DNA of 64,000 nucleotides from an uncultured delta proteobacterium (GCA_963743305.1 CAVUPH010000026.1:1-64000); one strand, 5' to 3'; shown: positions 1 to 10,689, numbered from the stretch's first letter. Translations and numbers: made by a program. The notes: generated from the letters alone by a model not told the origin.

Positions 1-1007
1 GTCCCGGAAGAAATGATTCTGGCCGCCGGCGGCCAGCCCTTCCGCCTGGTGGATACGCCGGTCAAAAACGACCAGGCCCAGGCCTTTCTTCCGGCTTACT
101 GCTGCCATCCCGTTAAAATCCGATCTGCAGCATTTGTTGGCCGGAGACTTGGATTTCCTGAAAGGGGTGGTCTTTTCTCATAGCTGCGACGCCCATAAGG
201 GTCTTTCTGAAATCTGGATCAGACAGGGTCGCCTTCCTTTTCATTATAACTTGATGATCCCTACCCGGCTGCACTCCCCCTGGCCCGCACTTTTCTGCGA
301 GCGGAGTTCGGTTGCTTTCGGACGGAGCTGGAAAAGCATCTGGGACCGATTTCGGATGCTAAAATTAGAGAAGCCCTGGCCCTCTCTAAGGCTATTCGCG
401 ATCAACTGGCCGGATTGTATACGCTCCGGTTAGACTATTGGCACGAACTTCCGGCTGATTTTTTCGCCCGGCTGATACGGGCCGGTTTCTGGATGGATCG
501 CGAAGCCTACCTCCGGGTTCTTAAAGACCTGACCAAAGCGCTCCCGGAAACTCCCGAGTCGACACGCGACCGATCCCGGTTTTTGTCACCGGGAATATGA
601 ACCACGAACCTTACTGGCAGACACTTATTGAAGACAGCGGGGCCCGAATCGTCTGGGACGACTTGTGCAGCGGGGCCCGGACCTTTCGACTGAAATCCTC
701 GGATTTCGACGATCCCCTGGACACCCTGACCGACCGCTACTTCAGCAGCTTCTTCTGCCCCACCAAATACTACGGCCCCCTGGCCCGGCAAGAAACCCTG
801 GCTCAGGAAGTGAAAAGCTCCGGAGCCCAGGGGGTTATTTTTTTACTCTATAAATATTGTGAGCCCCACTTTTTTGATTATCCGGACCTGAAAACTTTTT
901 TTGAGGCGCAGGGGATTCCCACCTTGCTGCTCGAAGTCGAAGACCCCTCGCAATCCCGAGAGCAAAATAAGATTCGGATTCAGGCCTTTGTGGAGATGCT
1001 GGGATAA
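1..1007 (+). CDS. 2-hydroxyacyl-CoA dehydratase/benzoyl-CoA reductase subunit (HgdB/FldC/BcrC family), 5'-partial and frameshifted
   Basis: Frame 1 reads VPEEMILAAGGQPFRL...LPAYCCHP; later fragments read FSHSCD, DDLCSGAR and GVIFLLYKYCEPHFFD...TLLLEVE...IRIQAFVEML. Several frame changes occur between 120 and 600. Confidence 0.8.
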
Positions 1008-1118
1008 GACGCGGGGCGCGAGGCGCTGAGCGCTGAACGCAAGGGGCAATGGGGGAAGGGCATGGTACAAGACCTGGACCCGAAGACCCATACGGGTGTC
1101 CATTGAAGAATATGGCTT

Positions 1119-1196
1119 CAAATCCCCCTAAATCCCCCTTTGCAAAGGGGGACTTTAACTCCCCCCTTAGAAAGGGGGGGTCGGGGGGGGGATTTT
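1119..1196. repeat. Palindromic intergenic repeat (CCCCCTTT..AAAGGGGG type)
   Basis: aaatccccctaaatccccctttgcaaagggggact...ccccccttagaaaggggggg...gggggatttt forms nested inverted repeats. Confidence 0.75.
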
Positions 1197-1240
1197 CATG
1201 CTTCGGGGTACCCGCGCCGTCGAGCCTGGGGGTTTAATAC
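1191..1240 (-). repeat. ~50-nt dispersed module GTATTAAACCCCC...CCCCGAAGCATGAAAAT, copy 1
   Basis: Related copies lie at 10599-10646 (-), 19312-19356 (+) and 60863-60911 (+). Confidence 0.75.
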
Positions 1241-1263
1241 TTGAACATTGATATTTAAGGGCC

Positions 1264-2490
1264 ATGCCAGAACAATCCAAAGGATCCAAAAGCTATCGCG
1301 AAATCAAGTCCCTTTCGGCCTATCGGCGGCTGATGAAGAGCTATTATCTGGTCGCCAAAAATCCCGCTCGGTTCGGCAAAAAGGTGGCCTGGATCACCAG
1401 CGGCGGGCCGGTGGAACCTCTGTACGCCATGGGGGTCCTGCCCTTTTATCCTGAAAATTACGGGGCCATGTGCGGGGCCAGCCGCACGGCGGTGGGCCTC
1501 TGTGAAATAGCTGAGCAGCGGGGCTACTCCCGCGACCTTTGTTCCTATGCCCGCTGCGATATCGGCAGTTCCTTAAGCGGCCAAGGGCCTTTGGGCGCCC
1601 TGCCCCGGCCCGACTTCTTAGTTTGCGGCAACAATATTTGCGGGACCGTCATTAAATGGTATGAAATCCAGGCCCGCAATTACCGGGTTCCGCTATTTTT
1701 CTTGGACACTCCCTTCATCCACGACGAAATACCGGACCATGCCTTAACCTTCGTTCAGGCCCAATTGAAGGAATTCGTCGTCTTCCTGGAAACCCACCTG
1801 AAGAAATCGTTCTCCGTAAAACGGTTTGAAAGAGTTTCCGCCCGGTCGTTGGAGGCCATCACCCTCTGGAAGGATATCCTGGACCTCTCCCGCCATCGCC
1901 CGGCCCCCTTTGCCGCTTTCGACGCCTTTATCCATATGGCCCCGATCGTTACCCTGCGGGGGACCCGCTGGGCCGTCGCTTACTACCAAAAGCTCAAAAA
2001 AGAACTGGAAGAAAGGGTCCGCCAAGGAGAAGGGGCCTTCGCCCGGGAAGAGATCCGGCTGATTTGGGATAATATTCCCATCTGGTATGACATCCGGAAC
2101 CTGTCCAAAATGCTCTCCAGCCAGGGAGCGGTCCTGGTGGCCGACACCTATACCTCGGCCTGGACCTTGAAAGGGTTGGACCTGGAACGGCCTCTGGAAA
2201 GTCTGGCTCGGACCTACGCCACCGTTCACTTGAACCTGGGCTTGGACCATAAGATTCGTAAAATGGCTGCCTTGCTACAAGACTATCAGGCGGACGGCTT
2301 TATCATGCATTCCAACCGCAGTTGCAAAACCTACTCCCTGGGGCAATTCGATATCAAACGAAAGGTCTCGGAGATTACCGGCAAACCCGGTTTGATTATT
2401 GAAGCCGACCACACCGATGCTCGAAGCTATGCCCCCCAGCAGGCGGAAAATCAGATTCAGACCTTCATGGAAATGATTAAAAAGAATTGA
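1264..2490 (+). CDS. 2-hydroxyacyl-CoA dehydratase/benzoyl-CoA reductase subunit (HgdA/FldB/BcrB family)
   Basis: Motifs YPENYGAMC, YSRDLCSYAR, PRPDFLVCGNNICGT and HSNRSCK; adjacent to its partner subunit. Confidence 0.85.
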   Translation: MPEQSKGSKSYREIKSLSAYRRLMKSYYLVAKNPARFGKKVAWITSGGPVEPLYAMGVLPFYPENYGAMCGASRTAVGLCEIAEQRGYSRDLCSYARCDIGSSLSGQGPLGALPRPDFLVCGNNICGTVIKWYEIQARNYRVPLFFLDTPFIHDEIPDHALTFVQAQLKEFVVFLETHLKKSFSVKRFERVSARSLEAITLWKDILDLSRHRPAPFAAFDAFIHMAPIVTLRGTRWAVAYYQKLKKELEERVRQGEGAFAREEIRLIWDNIPIWYDIRNLSKMLSSQGAVLVADTYTSAWTLKGLDLERPLESLARTYATVHLNLGLDHKIRKMAALLQDYQADGFIMHSNRSCKTYSLGQFDIKRKVSEITGKPGLIIEADHTDARSYAPQQAENQIQTFMEMIKKN

Positions 2491-2705
2491 CAGACCGAGG
2501 GACGGTTGGTATTTAGTTAGAAGCCTTGGCCTTTGATAAAGTCGGGGAATCTGATCTCGCACTATTTCAGCCAAACATTGTTGGGGCACTCCTCCGAGGT
2601 TGCCCGCTCAAAAGAAGGGAGGGATGATTAAAACACGCCTGAGCCTCTTTCCAAAGTACTTAGTCGTTAATCATCATTAACCCCAATCCATTAAAGGAGA
2701 AAAAT

Positions 2706-3905
2706 ATGATCAGGAAAGCCGGTTGGATCGGAATAGGTAGTCTGGTGCTGTTACTGGGTTTCGTTTTTTCAACTCAGGCCGCCTCGGTATCAGGGGTGAC
2801 GGACACGGAAGTGACCGTCGGTATGACCACCCCCCTGTCGGGACCGGCCGCCCTCTGGGGCACCACGGCCCTTGGGGCTAAAGCCTGGGCCGACTATATT
2901 AATGATCAAGGCGGGGTTCACGGTCGCAAGATCAAAGTCATCATGAAGGACGATGGCTATAACCCGGCCCGGGCCATGGCCAACCTGACTGAAATGAAAG
3001 GTCAGGTCTTTGCCGTCAATGCCCTACTGGGCACGGCGATCATCAACGCCACCAAAGATTTTTTCGCGGAAAACAAAATCCCTTTGATTAATGCCTATGC
3101 CGATGTCCGCATTTGGGCCAAATATCCCAAGGACAAATTAAAATACGTTTTTATCGGCTACCCGGACTATGAAAATGAAGCCGAGTACCTGACTACCTAT
3201 GCCATCCAGCACTTGGGTGCTAAAAAAATCGCCCTTTTTTATCAGAATGATGATTATGGGAAAATGGCCATGGCGGGGGTTAACCTGGGGCTGAAGAAGC
3301 TGTCCGGGCAGGCCAGTCTGGTGGGCACCGTTCCTTATGAAGTAACGGAAAGGGCTCTAGCCACTCAGGCCCAGAAGCTCAAAGAAACGGGTGCCGATAC
3401 TCTGATCATGTATCCCACCATGACGCACGGGGCCTTAATCCTCAAGGAGATGGCTAAACTGGGCTACAAACCCAAAGTCCTGGTCACCTTTACCCTGGGC
3501 GATCCGATCATGTACAAAATTGCCGGACCGGAGGTCTGGGAAGGGGTTTATCCGGCCAGTCCGGCCAACTCCGGTGTCCCGGGGGAAAAAGAGGTGGATC
3601 GGGTGATCGAAATCCTGAAGAAATATGATCCCAAGCTGGCCGGTAAGGAATACCTGGCGGTTTTTGGGGCCACCTCCATGATGTACCTGGTGGAGGGCCT
3701 TAAAAATGCCGGCCGGAATCTGACCCCGGAGACCATGATCAAGGGTATGGAGATGATCAAAAACTGGAAACCGGAAGGGATCGGGGCCCCGGTGACTTTC
3801 ACACCGGACCGCCACCACGGGGTCAACGGTTCCCGGGTGATGCGAGCGGAAAAGGGCAAGCACGTCCCGATTACGGATTATACGCTTTTTAAACCGTTGT
3901 TTTAA
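2706..3905 (+). CDS. ABC transporter substrate-binding protein, LivK/Peripla_BP_6 family
   Basis: Signal peptide (AQA), PLSGPAA, INDQGGVHGRKI, DDGYNP and YQNDDYG; RBS aaggag. Confidence 0.9.
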   Translation: MIRKAGWIGIGSLVLLLGFVFSTQAASVSGVTDTEVTVGMTTPLSGPAALWGTTALGAKAWADYINDQGGVHGRKIKVIMKDDGYNPARAMANLTEMKGQVFAVNALLGTAIINATKDFFAENKIPLINAYADVRIWAKYPKDKLKYVFIGYPDYENEAEYLTTYAIQHLGAKKIALFYQNDDYGKMAMAGVNLGLKKLSGQASLVGTVPYEVTERALATQAQKLKETGADTLIMYPTMTHGALILKEMAKLGYKPKVLVTFTLGDPIMYKIAGPEVWEGVYPASPANSGVPGEKEVDRVIEILKKYDPKLAGKEYLAVFGATSMMYLVEGLKNAGRNLTPETMIKGMEMIKNWKPEGIGAPVTFTPDRHHGVNGSRVMRAEKGKHVPITDYTLFKPLF

Positions 3906-3919
3906 TGCCGAATGGAATG

Positions 3920-3985
3920 GTAGGGGCGGGGTCCCATCCTCGCCCTGGCTGGCAAAGGCGGGCGGGGATGGGACCCCGCCCCTTC
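3920..3985. repeat. GTAG-type REP doublet (REPIN-like)
   Basis: gtaggggcggggtcccatcctcgccc...gggcggggatgggaccccgccccttc is an inverted pair starting with GTAG. Confidence 0.75.
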
Positions 3986-4018
3986 AAAAAACCTATTCGT
4001 GGGCCAAATATTCTTCCA

Positions 4019-4771
4019 ATGTCTCTTTTAGAAATCAACGATCTATCGATCAGTTTCGGCGGAATCATGGCCTTGAGCGGGGTGGATCTTTCCGTCAAGG
4101 AAAATTCCATCCTGGGGATCATCGGCCCTAACGGTTCAGGCAAAACCACTCTTTTCAATTGTTTGACCGGCATCTACCATCCCAACCGGGGAGACATCCT
4201 CTTCCAGGGAAAAAGCGTTCGTCGGCTTTCTCCGGACCGTATCGCCGCCCGGGGGATGGCCCGCACCTTTCAGAACTTACGGTTGTTCATGAACATGAGC
4301 GTCCTGGACAATCTTTTGGTAGGACGGCATCTTCGTTTCAAGAAAAACCCGCTCTATCCCCTGTTCCGAATCCGTAAGGAGGAAATCCGCCACCGGGAGT
4401 GGGTGGAGGAGATTATCGACTTCCTGGATCTTCAAGCCTATCGCGGCGCCCGGGTTTCCGACTGCCCTTACGGCGTGCAGAAGCGGGTGGAGTTGGGCCG
4501 GGCCCTGGCCCTGGAGCCCAAGCTGCTCCTGCTCGATGAGCCCATCTCCGGGTTGACCTCTGAGGAAAAGGAGGAATCGGCCTACCGGATCAATGAAATC
4601 CGGGGGCGGTATCAAATGACCATCCTGCTGGTGGAACATGATCTACGGATTGCTTCCCGTTTGTCCGATTCCATGGTCGCCCTCTACTATGGACAAAAAA
4701 TGGCCGAGGGAACTCCCGCGGAGGTCCAGCGCAATCCCGAAGTGATCCGGGCCTACCTGGGGGATGACTGA
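4019..4771 (+). CDS. livG: Branched-chain-type ABC transporter ATP-binding protein
   Basis: GPNGSGKTT, ARTFQN, LLLDEP, LVEHD and VIRAYLG; likely start MSLLEI at 4019. Confidence 0.9.
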   Translation: MSLLEINDLSISFGGIMALSGVDLSVKENSILGIIGPNGSGKTTLFNCLTGIYHPNRGDILFQGKSVRRLSPDRIAARGMARTFQNLRLFMNMSVLDNLLVGRHLRFKKNPLYPLFRIRKEEIRHREWVEEIIDFLDLQAYRGARVSDCPYGVQKRVELGRALALEPKLLLLDEPISGLTSEEKEESAYRINEIRGRYQMTILLVEHDLRIASRLSDSMVALYYGQKMAEGTPAEVQRNPEVIRAYLGDD

Positions 4772-4868
4772 TGGGCTTCGAAGTCATCAGCAGGCCAGTG
4801 CGATTAGCCCCGTCCGGGTGAGGGTGGACAGTTGGCAAAAAGGTTTTAAATTTCTTGCGAGGTCATAA

Positions 4869-5644
4869 ATGATGGGCTTCCTGCAGATCGCCAATATCGA
4901 AACCCTTTATTTCGACCGGATTTACGCCCTGCACGGACTGACCCTGGAAATCAAGGAAAAGGAAATCTTCGCCGTCCTCGGGCCGAACGGCGCCGGAAAG
5001 ACCACCCTGCTCAAGACGGTAGCCGGACTGCTTAAGGACCAGCCCAAGAAAGGGAGCATCGAATTCGACGGGCATCGTATTCACCGGCTTCCGCCGGAAA
5101 AAGTCTCCTCCCTGGGAATCGTTTATGTGCCGGAAGACCGGGGCCTTTTCCGGGAATTGACCGTTCGAGAAAACCTGGAACTTGGCTGCTGGGGCCGGCA
5201 CGACAAGGGGATCAAGGACGATCTGGATTTTATTTACACCCTTTTCCCTATCTTAAAGGAACGCACCCACCAGCAATCGGAAACGCTGTCCGGCGGGGAA
5301 CAACAGATGCTGGCCATCGCCCGGGCCATCCTGCGCAGACCGCGGCTGCTGATGTTGGATGAACCCTCCCTGGGCCTGGCCCCTTTAGTGGCCCGCACGG
5401 TCTATGACGCCCTGGTTAAAATCAGCGAGTTGGGGACCACCATTCTGCTGGTCGAACAGAACGCCAAGCTGGCCCTGAAGATCGCCCATTACGGCTACAT
5501 CCTCGAGGCCGGCCGAATCGTGCTTAAAGGTACCGCGGAAGAACTCAAGAGCAACGAAGACGTGCAAGAATTGTATCTGGGCCTGGGCGGTCAAACGGAT
5601 TCTTCCAAAGGCTGGCGCCTGTACAAAAAAGGAGGCGCTGGTAA
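4869..5644 (+). CDS. livF: Branched-chain-type ABC transporter ATP-binding protein (probable 1-nt error in the terminal A-run)
   Basis: GPNGAGKTT, VPEDR, LSGGEQQM and DEPSLGLAP. Adding one A at ~5630 gives YKKRRRW* with TAA overlapping the next ATG. Confidence 0.88.
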
Positions 5645-7452
5645 TGGCCGCCGGGAACGGCAATTTTCCGGACCTTTTTTTCAGCCAGGTGGCCCGTTAT
5701 CAGGACCGGGTGGCCCTGCGCCACAAAGATTACGGCATCTGGAAACGGACCTCCTGGAAAGAATACGGGACCATGGTCCGCACCGTAGCCGCCGGGCTGA
5801 TTTCCCTGGGGGTGCAGCGGGGTGATAAAGTTTCCATCTTAGGGGAGAACCGCCCCGAATGGCTCTTCTGCGATCTGGGGAATATGAGTATCGGGGGGGT
5901 CTCGGTCGGGGTCTATCCGACTTCCGCCCCCGACCAGGTGGCCTATGTGGTGGGCCACTCGGAGTCCCAGGTCCTCTTTATCGAAAACGAGGAGCAGGTC
6001 GACAAGGTCCTGCAAATCCTTCCCGAACTGCAGGTGAAGCAAGTCATTATCTGGGACCCTAAAGGCCTCTGGGGGTTTTCCCAGGAACGGATTATCTTCT
6101 TCGACGAATTCCTTAAAAGGTCCCAAGCCTACCTGGAAGAAAATCCCGACTGTGTGGACCGGCGTTTGGCGGAAATCCAGCCGGAGGACACGGCGATGAT
6201 CATTTACACCTCGGGCACCACCGGAAGGCCCAAGGGCGCCATGATCAGCCATCACAACATCTTGAGCATGACCGAGTCGTATCTCCAGGCCAACCCCGGG
6301 TATGACACCGATGAAGCCTTGTCCTATCTGCCCCTGGCCCATATTTACGAAAATCTGATCTCCCTTTTCCAGGCCATCAAGGCCGGCGGCACGGTCAACT
6401 TTGTGGAAAGCATGGATACCCTGCCCCACAATCTGAAAGAAGTCTCCCCCACCATCTTTGCCAGCGTACCCCGGATCTGGGAAAAATTTGCTTCCCTGAT
6501 CGCCATCCGCATGGCCGATTCCACCCCTACCAAAAAATTGCTTTACCAATTAAGCATCGGGGTGGGCTTGAAGTACGTCCGGACCCCCGAGGGCTCCAGC
6601 CAGCGATTCTGGTGGAGCCTGCTTTACTGGCCCTTTTACGGACTGGTTCTCTACCATTTAAAAAAACAACTGGGATTGGAGCGGGTTCGGGTGGCCATCT
6701 GCGGGGCCGCACCGGCATCTCCGGAACTCTTTCAATACTACAATGCCATCGGGGTCCCTCTCCGGGAAGGGTACGGTCAGACCGAATCCACCGGGGTTAT
6801 CGCCCTCCAGCGTCTGGATCGCCCCCGCTGGGGTTATGTGGGTGAGGTAGTGCCCGGCGTGGAAGTCAAAATTGCCGAGGACGGGGAGATCCTGGCCAAG
6901 GGGCCCAACGTTTTCAAAGGATATTTCAAAAACCCGGAACTCACGGCCGAAACCGTGAAGGATGGCTGGCTTTATACCGGTGACGTGGGGACCCTGGAGG
7001 ACGGCTTCCTCAAAATCATGGATCGCAAAAAAGATATTCTCATCACGGCCGGGGGCAAAAATATCACCCCGGCCTTTATTGAAAACAAGCTCAAGTTCAG
7101 TTCCTATATCCAGGACGCCGTAGTCATCGGGGACGGGAGAAAATTTCTGTCGGCCCTGGTCCTGATCGACGAGGACAACGTCACCAAATATGCCCAGGAC
7201 AACCGCATCCCCTATACCACCTTTGAAGATCTGACCCAGAATCCGGATATCCTGAAATTGATCGATCAGGAGGTGGTCAAGGTCAACAAAACCCTTTCCC
7301 AGGTGGAGTCGATTAAAAAGTTTGCCCTCCTCCCGCGGAGGTTTTACGAGGAAGACGGCGATGTCACCCCCACTAAGAAAGTTAAAAGACGATTCCTGGA
7401 AAAGCGCTATGCCGACTTGATTGAGTCGTTGTATAAGGGAGGACGAGGATAA
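5644..7452 (+). CDS. Long-chain acyl-CoA synthetase (AMP-binding)
   Basis: YTSGTTGRPKG, YLPLAH, EGYGQTE, TGDVG and DRKKD. Confidence 0.92.
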   Translation: MAAGNGNFPDLFFSQVARYQDRVALRHKDYGIWKRTSWKEYGTMVRTVAAGLISLGVQRGDKVSILGENRPEWLFCDLGNMSIGGVSVGVYPTSAPDQVAYVVGHSESQVLFIENEEQVDKVLQILPELQVKQVIIWDPKGLWGFSQERIIFFDEFLKRSQAYLEENPDCVDRRLAEIQPEDTAMIIYTSGTTGRPKGAMISHHNILSMTESYLQANPGYDTDEALSYLPLAHIYENLISLFQAIKAGGTVNFVESMDTLPHNLKEVSPTIFASVPRIWEKFASLIAIRMADSTPTKKLLYQLSIGVGLKYVRTPEGSSQRFWWSLLYWPFYGLVLYHLKKQLGLERVRVAICGAAPASPELFQYYNAIGVPLREGYGQTESTGVIALQRLDRPRWGYVGEVVPGVEVKIAEDGEILAKGPNVFKGYFKNPELTAETVKDGWLYTGDVGTLEDGFLKIMDRKKDILITAGGKNITPAFIENKLKFSSYIQDAVVIGDGRKFLSALVLIDEDNVTKYAQDNRIPYTTFEDLTQNPDILKLIDQEVVKVNKTLSQVESIKKFALLPRRFYEEDGDVTPTKKVKRRFLEKRYADLIESLYKGGRG

Positions 7453-7457
7453 AGTAT

Positions 7458-7578
7458 CTCCCTCTCCCATCAGAGGGGGTTGGGGGGTGGGTGAACCTGG
7501 AATTTTCGACCATGCGGCTTCACCCCACCCTAACTTGGCTGAGCTCACGTGAAGCCCTACCCCGTCAAGGGGGAGGGA
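7458..7578. repeat. Palindromic intergenic repeat (CCCTCTCCC/GGGGAGGG type)
   Basis: ctccctctcccatcagagggg...gggtgggtgaa ... ttcaccccaccctaa...ccccgtcaaggggaggga. Confidence 0.6.
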
Positions 7579-7610
7579 ATCATTGGAATTTGGTCAGGTT
7601 TTTTAAAAAG

Positions 7611-8591
7611 ATGGATCTAATCGAAAGCTACAAACAAGAATTGCGGCTGATCCGCAAACCCTGGACCGGCTTCTGGATAGGCCTGTTGCTGGTTGCCCTG
7701 ATCCTCCTGCCCTGGTACGGCAAAGAGCACTGGGTCTACATCCTGACCCTGATCTTTGTCTTTTCCATCGGCGTCCAGGGACAGAACCTGCTTATCGGCT
7801 ATACCGGCCAGATCTCCTTCGGCCAAGCCGGGTTCCTGGCTCTGGGGGCCTTTACCTTCGGGCATTTGGTGCGTCTGGGGGTGCCGATACTCATGGCCCT
7901 GCTCGGTGCCGGTCTGTTGGCCGGCCTTTTCGGCTTATTGGTGGGGTTTCCCTCGCTTCGCCTGAAAGGACCTTACCTGGCTATCGCCACCTTGGGTTTC
8001 GGTATCGCGGTCTATCAGGTCTTTGTCAACTCGGAAGTACTTTCCGGGGGGCGCATGGGCCTGACGGTTCAAAAACTTCCCGCCCTTTTCGGGTTGAGCC
8101 AGGGGAACACCTATTATTATTTCAATCTGCTGCTGGCCACCCTTTTTACCCTGGCCTCCTACAACCTGGTTTCTTCGTTTCTAGGCCGGGCCTTCATTGC
8201 CATCCGCGACAACGACATCTCGGCGCAGGCCATGGGGATCAATCTTACCATTTACAAACTGCTGGCTTTCGCCATCAGCTCCTTCTATACCGGAATTCAG
8301 GGAGGGCTCTATGCTCTGCTCCTGGGCTACCTGGAACCCAACATGTTCACCTTTCTGGAAACGATCGGCCTTTTTGTAGCGGTCATCGTCGGCGGGCTGG
8401 CCTCAATAGAGGGATCCGTCCTGGGCGCCGCCTTTGTGATCCTGATTCCTCAAGTTTTCAGCAACGCCAAAAATCTGGTCCCGGTGGTTTATGGGGTGGC
8501 CATCCTGATCATCCTCATCTTTGAACCCTTAGGGCTGGCGGGCCGCTGGTTGAAATTCCGGTTGTATTTGAGAATGTGGCCCTTCCGGTAA
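7611..8591 (+). CDS. livM: Branched-chain-type ABC transporter permease
   Basis: GYTGQISFGQAGF, LRLKGPYLAIATLGF, GRAFIAIRDN and EPLGLAG. Confidence 0.9.
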   Translation: MDLIESYKQELRLIRKPWTGFWIGLLLVALILLPWYGKEHWVYILTLIFVFSIGVQGQNLLIGYTGQISFGQAGFLALGAFTFGHLVRLGVPILMALLGAGLLAGLFGLLVGFPSLRLKGPYLAIATLGFGIAVYQVFVNSEVLSGGRMGLTVQKLPALFGLSQGNTYYYFNLLLATLFTLASYNLVSSFLGRAFIAIRDNDISAQAMGINLTIYKLLAFAISSFYTGIQGGLYALLLGYLEPNMFTFLETIGLFVAVIVGGLASIEGSVLGAAFVILIPQVFSNAKNLVPVVYGVAILIILIFEPLGLAGRWLKFRLYLRMWPFR

Positions 8592-8760
8592 GGCGCAGAG
8601 CGGGAGCGTTGGGCGCGGAGCGTAAAAAAATTAAGATTTTCCATTCTGTGTGAAACGAAGGATTTCGGTTGTCGCTCAGGAAAAACTCCAATAAATGATA
8701 AGGTGTAAATTCTCGGTTTTTAACGCTAGGCGCTCGGCGCTCCGCGCTCCGCGTCTTTTC
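8592..8760. repeat. Inverted pair of short GCGC(A/T)G-type heptamer arrays
   Basis: ggcgcagagcgggagcgttgggcgcggagcgtaaaa...aacgctaggcgctcggcgctccgcgctccgcgtc; similar arrays at 1008-1045 and 60007-60193. Confidence 0.6.
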
Positions 8761-8772
8761 AAGGAACTATCT

Positions 8773-9657
8773 ATGAGTCAATTTCTGCAATACGCCGTAT
8801 CCGGTTTGTCCATTGGGGCCTTATACGCCCTGGTGGCCCTGGGGCTGGTCCTCATCTATCGCTCCACCCGCATCTTGAATTTCGCGCATGGGGACCTGGC
8901 CACGATCGGGACCTTTTTCGCTTTTACCCTTTTAAGTCATAATGTTTCCGGGATCGTTGCCTTCCCCCTGGCCCTGGTCATCGGCGCGGTCCTGGCCATG
9001 GTCTTTTATTTTGCCATTCTGATCCCGGCCCAGCGGCGCAATGCCACCCTCCTCGGCCAGATCATCCTCACCGTGGGCCTGAGCCTGATCATCCAGGGAT
9101 CGGTATCCCATTTTTGGGGCACTGAAACGCAGTCCTTTCCCTTTCCCCTCTCCGACACCAAGACCTGGAGGGTTTACCGGGACGTGGTCATCAGCGAACT
9201 CAGCTTGGGGGCCTTGGGCATAGGCCTTTTGGGTAGCCTGGCTCTCTTCCTCTTGGTTCAGAAAACCCGACTGGGCCTGGCCATGCGGGCTACCTCGGAA
9301 AACCTTTCGGCGGCCCAGACCCTGGGTATTCCCACCCGCCGGGTCCTTTCCCTATCCTGGGGCTTGGCCGCGCTCTTGGGCGTGCTGGCCGGGCTCTTCC
9401 TGGCCCCGGCTCTGCTGCTTGATCCTTTCTTTATGATGGAACCCTTCCTGAAAGGGTTTGCCGCCGCCATCCTGGGAGGCTTGAACAGCCTTCCCGGAGC
9501 TATTGTGGGGGGTCTCATTTTAGGGGTTGCGGAGAGTTTAGCCGGAGGCTACATTACCGTGGCCTTTAAGAATACCCTGGCCTTTGTGGTGATCATTGTG
9601 GTTCTGCTCATCCGCCCGGAGGGCCTCCTGGGCAAAGAATTTGTCGAACGGGTTTAA
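8773..9657 (+). CDS. livH: Branched-chain-type ABC transporter permease
   Basis: GALYALVALGLVLIY...LNFAHG, TRLGLAMRA, AAILGG and RPEGLLG. Confidence 0.9.
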   Translation: MSQFLQYAVSGLSIGALYALVALGLVLIYRSTRILNFAHGDLATIGTFFAFTLLSHNVSGIVAFPLALVIGAVLAMVFYFAILIPAQRRNATLLGQIILTVGLSLIIQGSVSHFWGTETQSFPFPLSDTKTWRVYRDVVISELSLGALGIGLLGSLALFLLVQKTRLGLAMRATSENLSAAQTLGIPTRRVLSLSWGLAALLGVLAGLFLAPALLLDPFFMMEPFLKGFAAAILGGLNSLPGAIVGGLILGVAESLAGGYITVAFKNTLAFVVIIVVLLIRPEGLLGKEFVERV

Positions 9658-9703
9658 CTTTTCTTAACTTTTCCGGAAAAAATTCGATATACTGACAAGG
9701 ACT

Positions 9704-10537
9704 ATGAGGAAACCCGTTCCCATTAAGAATTTTTTGATTTCGAGACTTATGTTTCCCGGAAAACTTCGTCCTTTCATCTGGCTTCTTTTTTGGGTTTTGG
9801 CCTTTGGGGGCCTCTTTCCCCCTGTCGGCGCCCAGGCTGCCATCGGCAAAAATAAATTGACCATCGTCAACCAGTCCGGGGAAGATACCGCCATTAAGCT
9901 CATCGGTCCACGGGAATGGCTTATCGAAATCCCGGCCGGCCAGGAACGGACCGTCCTGTTGCCCAGCGGAGATTACAGCTATGTGACCCGCTACGGCCAG
10001 GACCCGAATTTCCGGTATTCCCGCGGCACCCCCTTTCAGATTGAACAATCACGGATCGGCTTCACCGAAGCCACCTTGACACTCATTTCCGCTCCCAGCT
10101 CCACCTATATAGACCCGGCCCTGGTGGAAAAATTCAACCAACCGGTGACTCCCTCCCCCGAGTCCCCGGCCGCCAAACCACCCCAGGCAGAGAAGGCGCC
10201 GCCCGCACCGGCCTCTCCCAAAGACAAGCCCAAAGAAGATTTTATCCTTCACCGGGTATCCGCAGGGGAAACCCTGCCTGACATTTCCCAGTATTACTCG
10301 GGAGAAGCCGACTACTGGCCCGAGATAGCCAAGTATAATTCCAACCTGGACCCCTTTCGTTTGAAGCCCGGCACGACGGTTAAGGTCCCTATTTACCTGG
10401 CCATAATTCACAAAACCCCACCCGAGGCCAAACCTTCACCCCCGTCACCAAAGGCTCCCAAGAAAAAGACATCTAAGCCGTATTCCCCTCCTCCAGTTTT
10501 ACCCAAAGCCCCACCAGGCGGATTTGGGCCGAAATAA
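9704..10537 (+). CDS. Exported LysM-domain protein with Pro-rich linkers
   Basis: Signal peptide (AQA) and LysM pattern HRVSAGETLPDISQYYSG...WPEIAKYN...LKPGTTVKVP. Confidence 0.8.
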   Translation: MRKPVPIKNFLISRLMFPGKLRPFIWLLFWVLAFGGLFPPVGAQAAIGKNKLTIVNQSGEDTAIKLIGPREWLIEIPAGQERTVLLPSGDYSYVTRYGQDPNFRYSRGTPFQIEQSRIGFTEATLTLISAPSSTYIDPALVEKFNQPVTPSPESPAAKPPQAEKAPPAPASPKDKPKEDFILHRVSAGETLPDISQYYSGEADYWPEIAKYNSNLDPFRLKPGTTVKVPIYLAIIHKTPPEAKPSPPSPKAPKKKTSKPYSPPPVLPKAPPGGFGPK

Positions 10538-10542
10538 TAATA

Positions 10543-10646
10543 AGGGATTGCTCCGTCATCACGCCTAAGGCGTGACTCCTCGCCATGACTGGGGTCTGAT
10601 ATTTTCATGCTTCGTGGGTGCCCCGCCGGGCAAAGGGGTTTAATAC
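10543..10646 (-). repeat. GTCAT(T/G)GCGAG-type half palindrome joined to the 50-nt module (copy 2)
   Basis: Reverse strand reads gtattaaacccc...gaagcatgaaaatatcagaccccagtcatggcgagg...gcaatccc, the same layout as 60863-61020. Confidence 0.7.
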
Positions 10647-10689
10647 CAAATTAAAAACTAATTTCGAATGACGAAGTGGAAAGTGCGGA

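Noticed and set aside
5645-5825. C-terminal extension of LivF overlapping the CoA ligase
   Set aside because: One missing A in a homopolymer restores KKRRRW* coupled to the next ATG.
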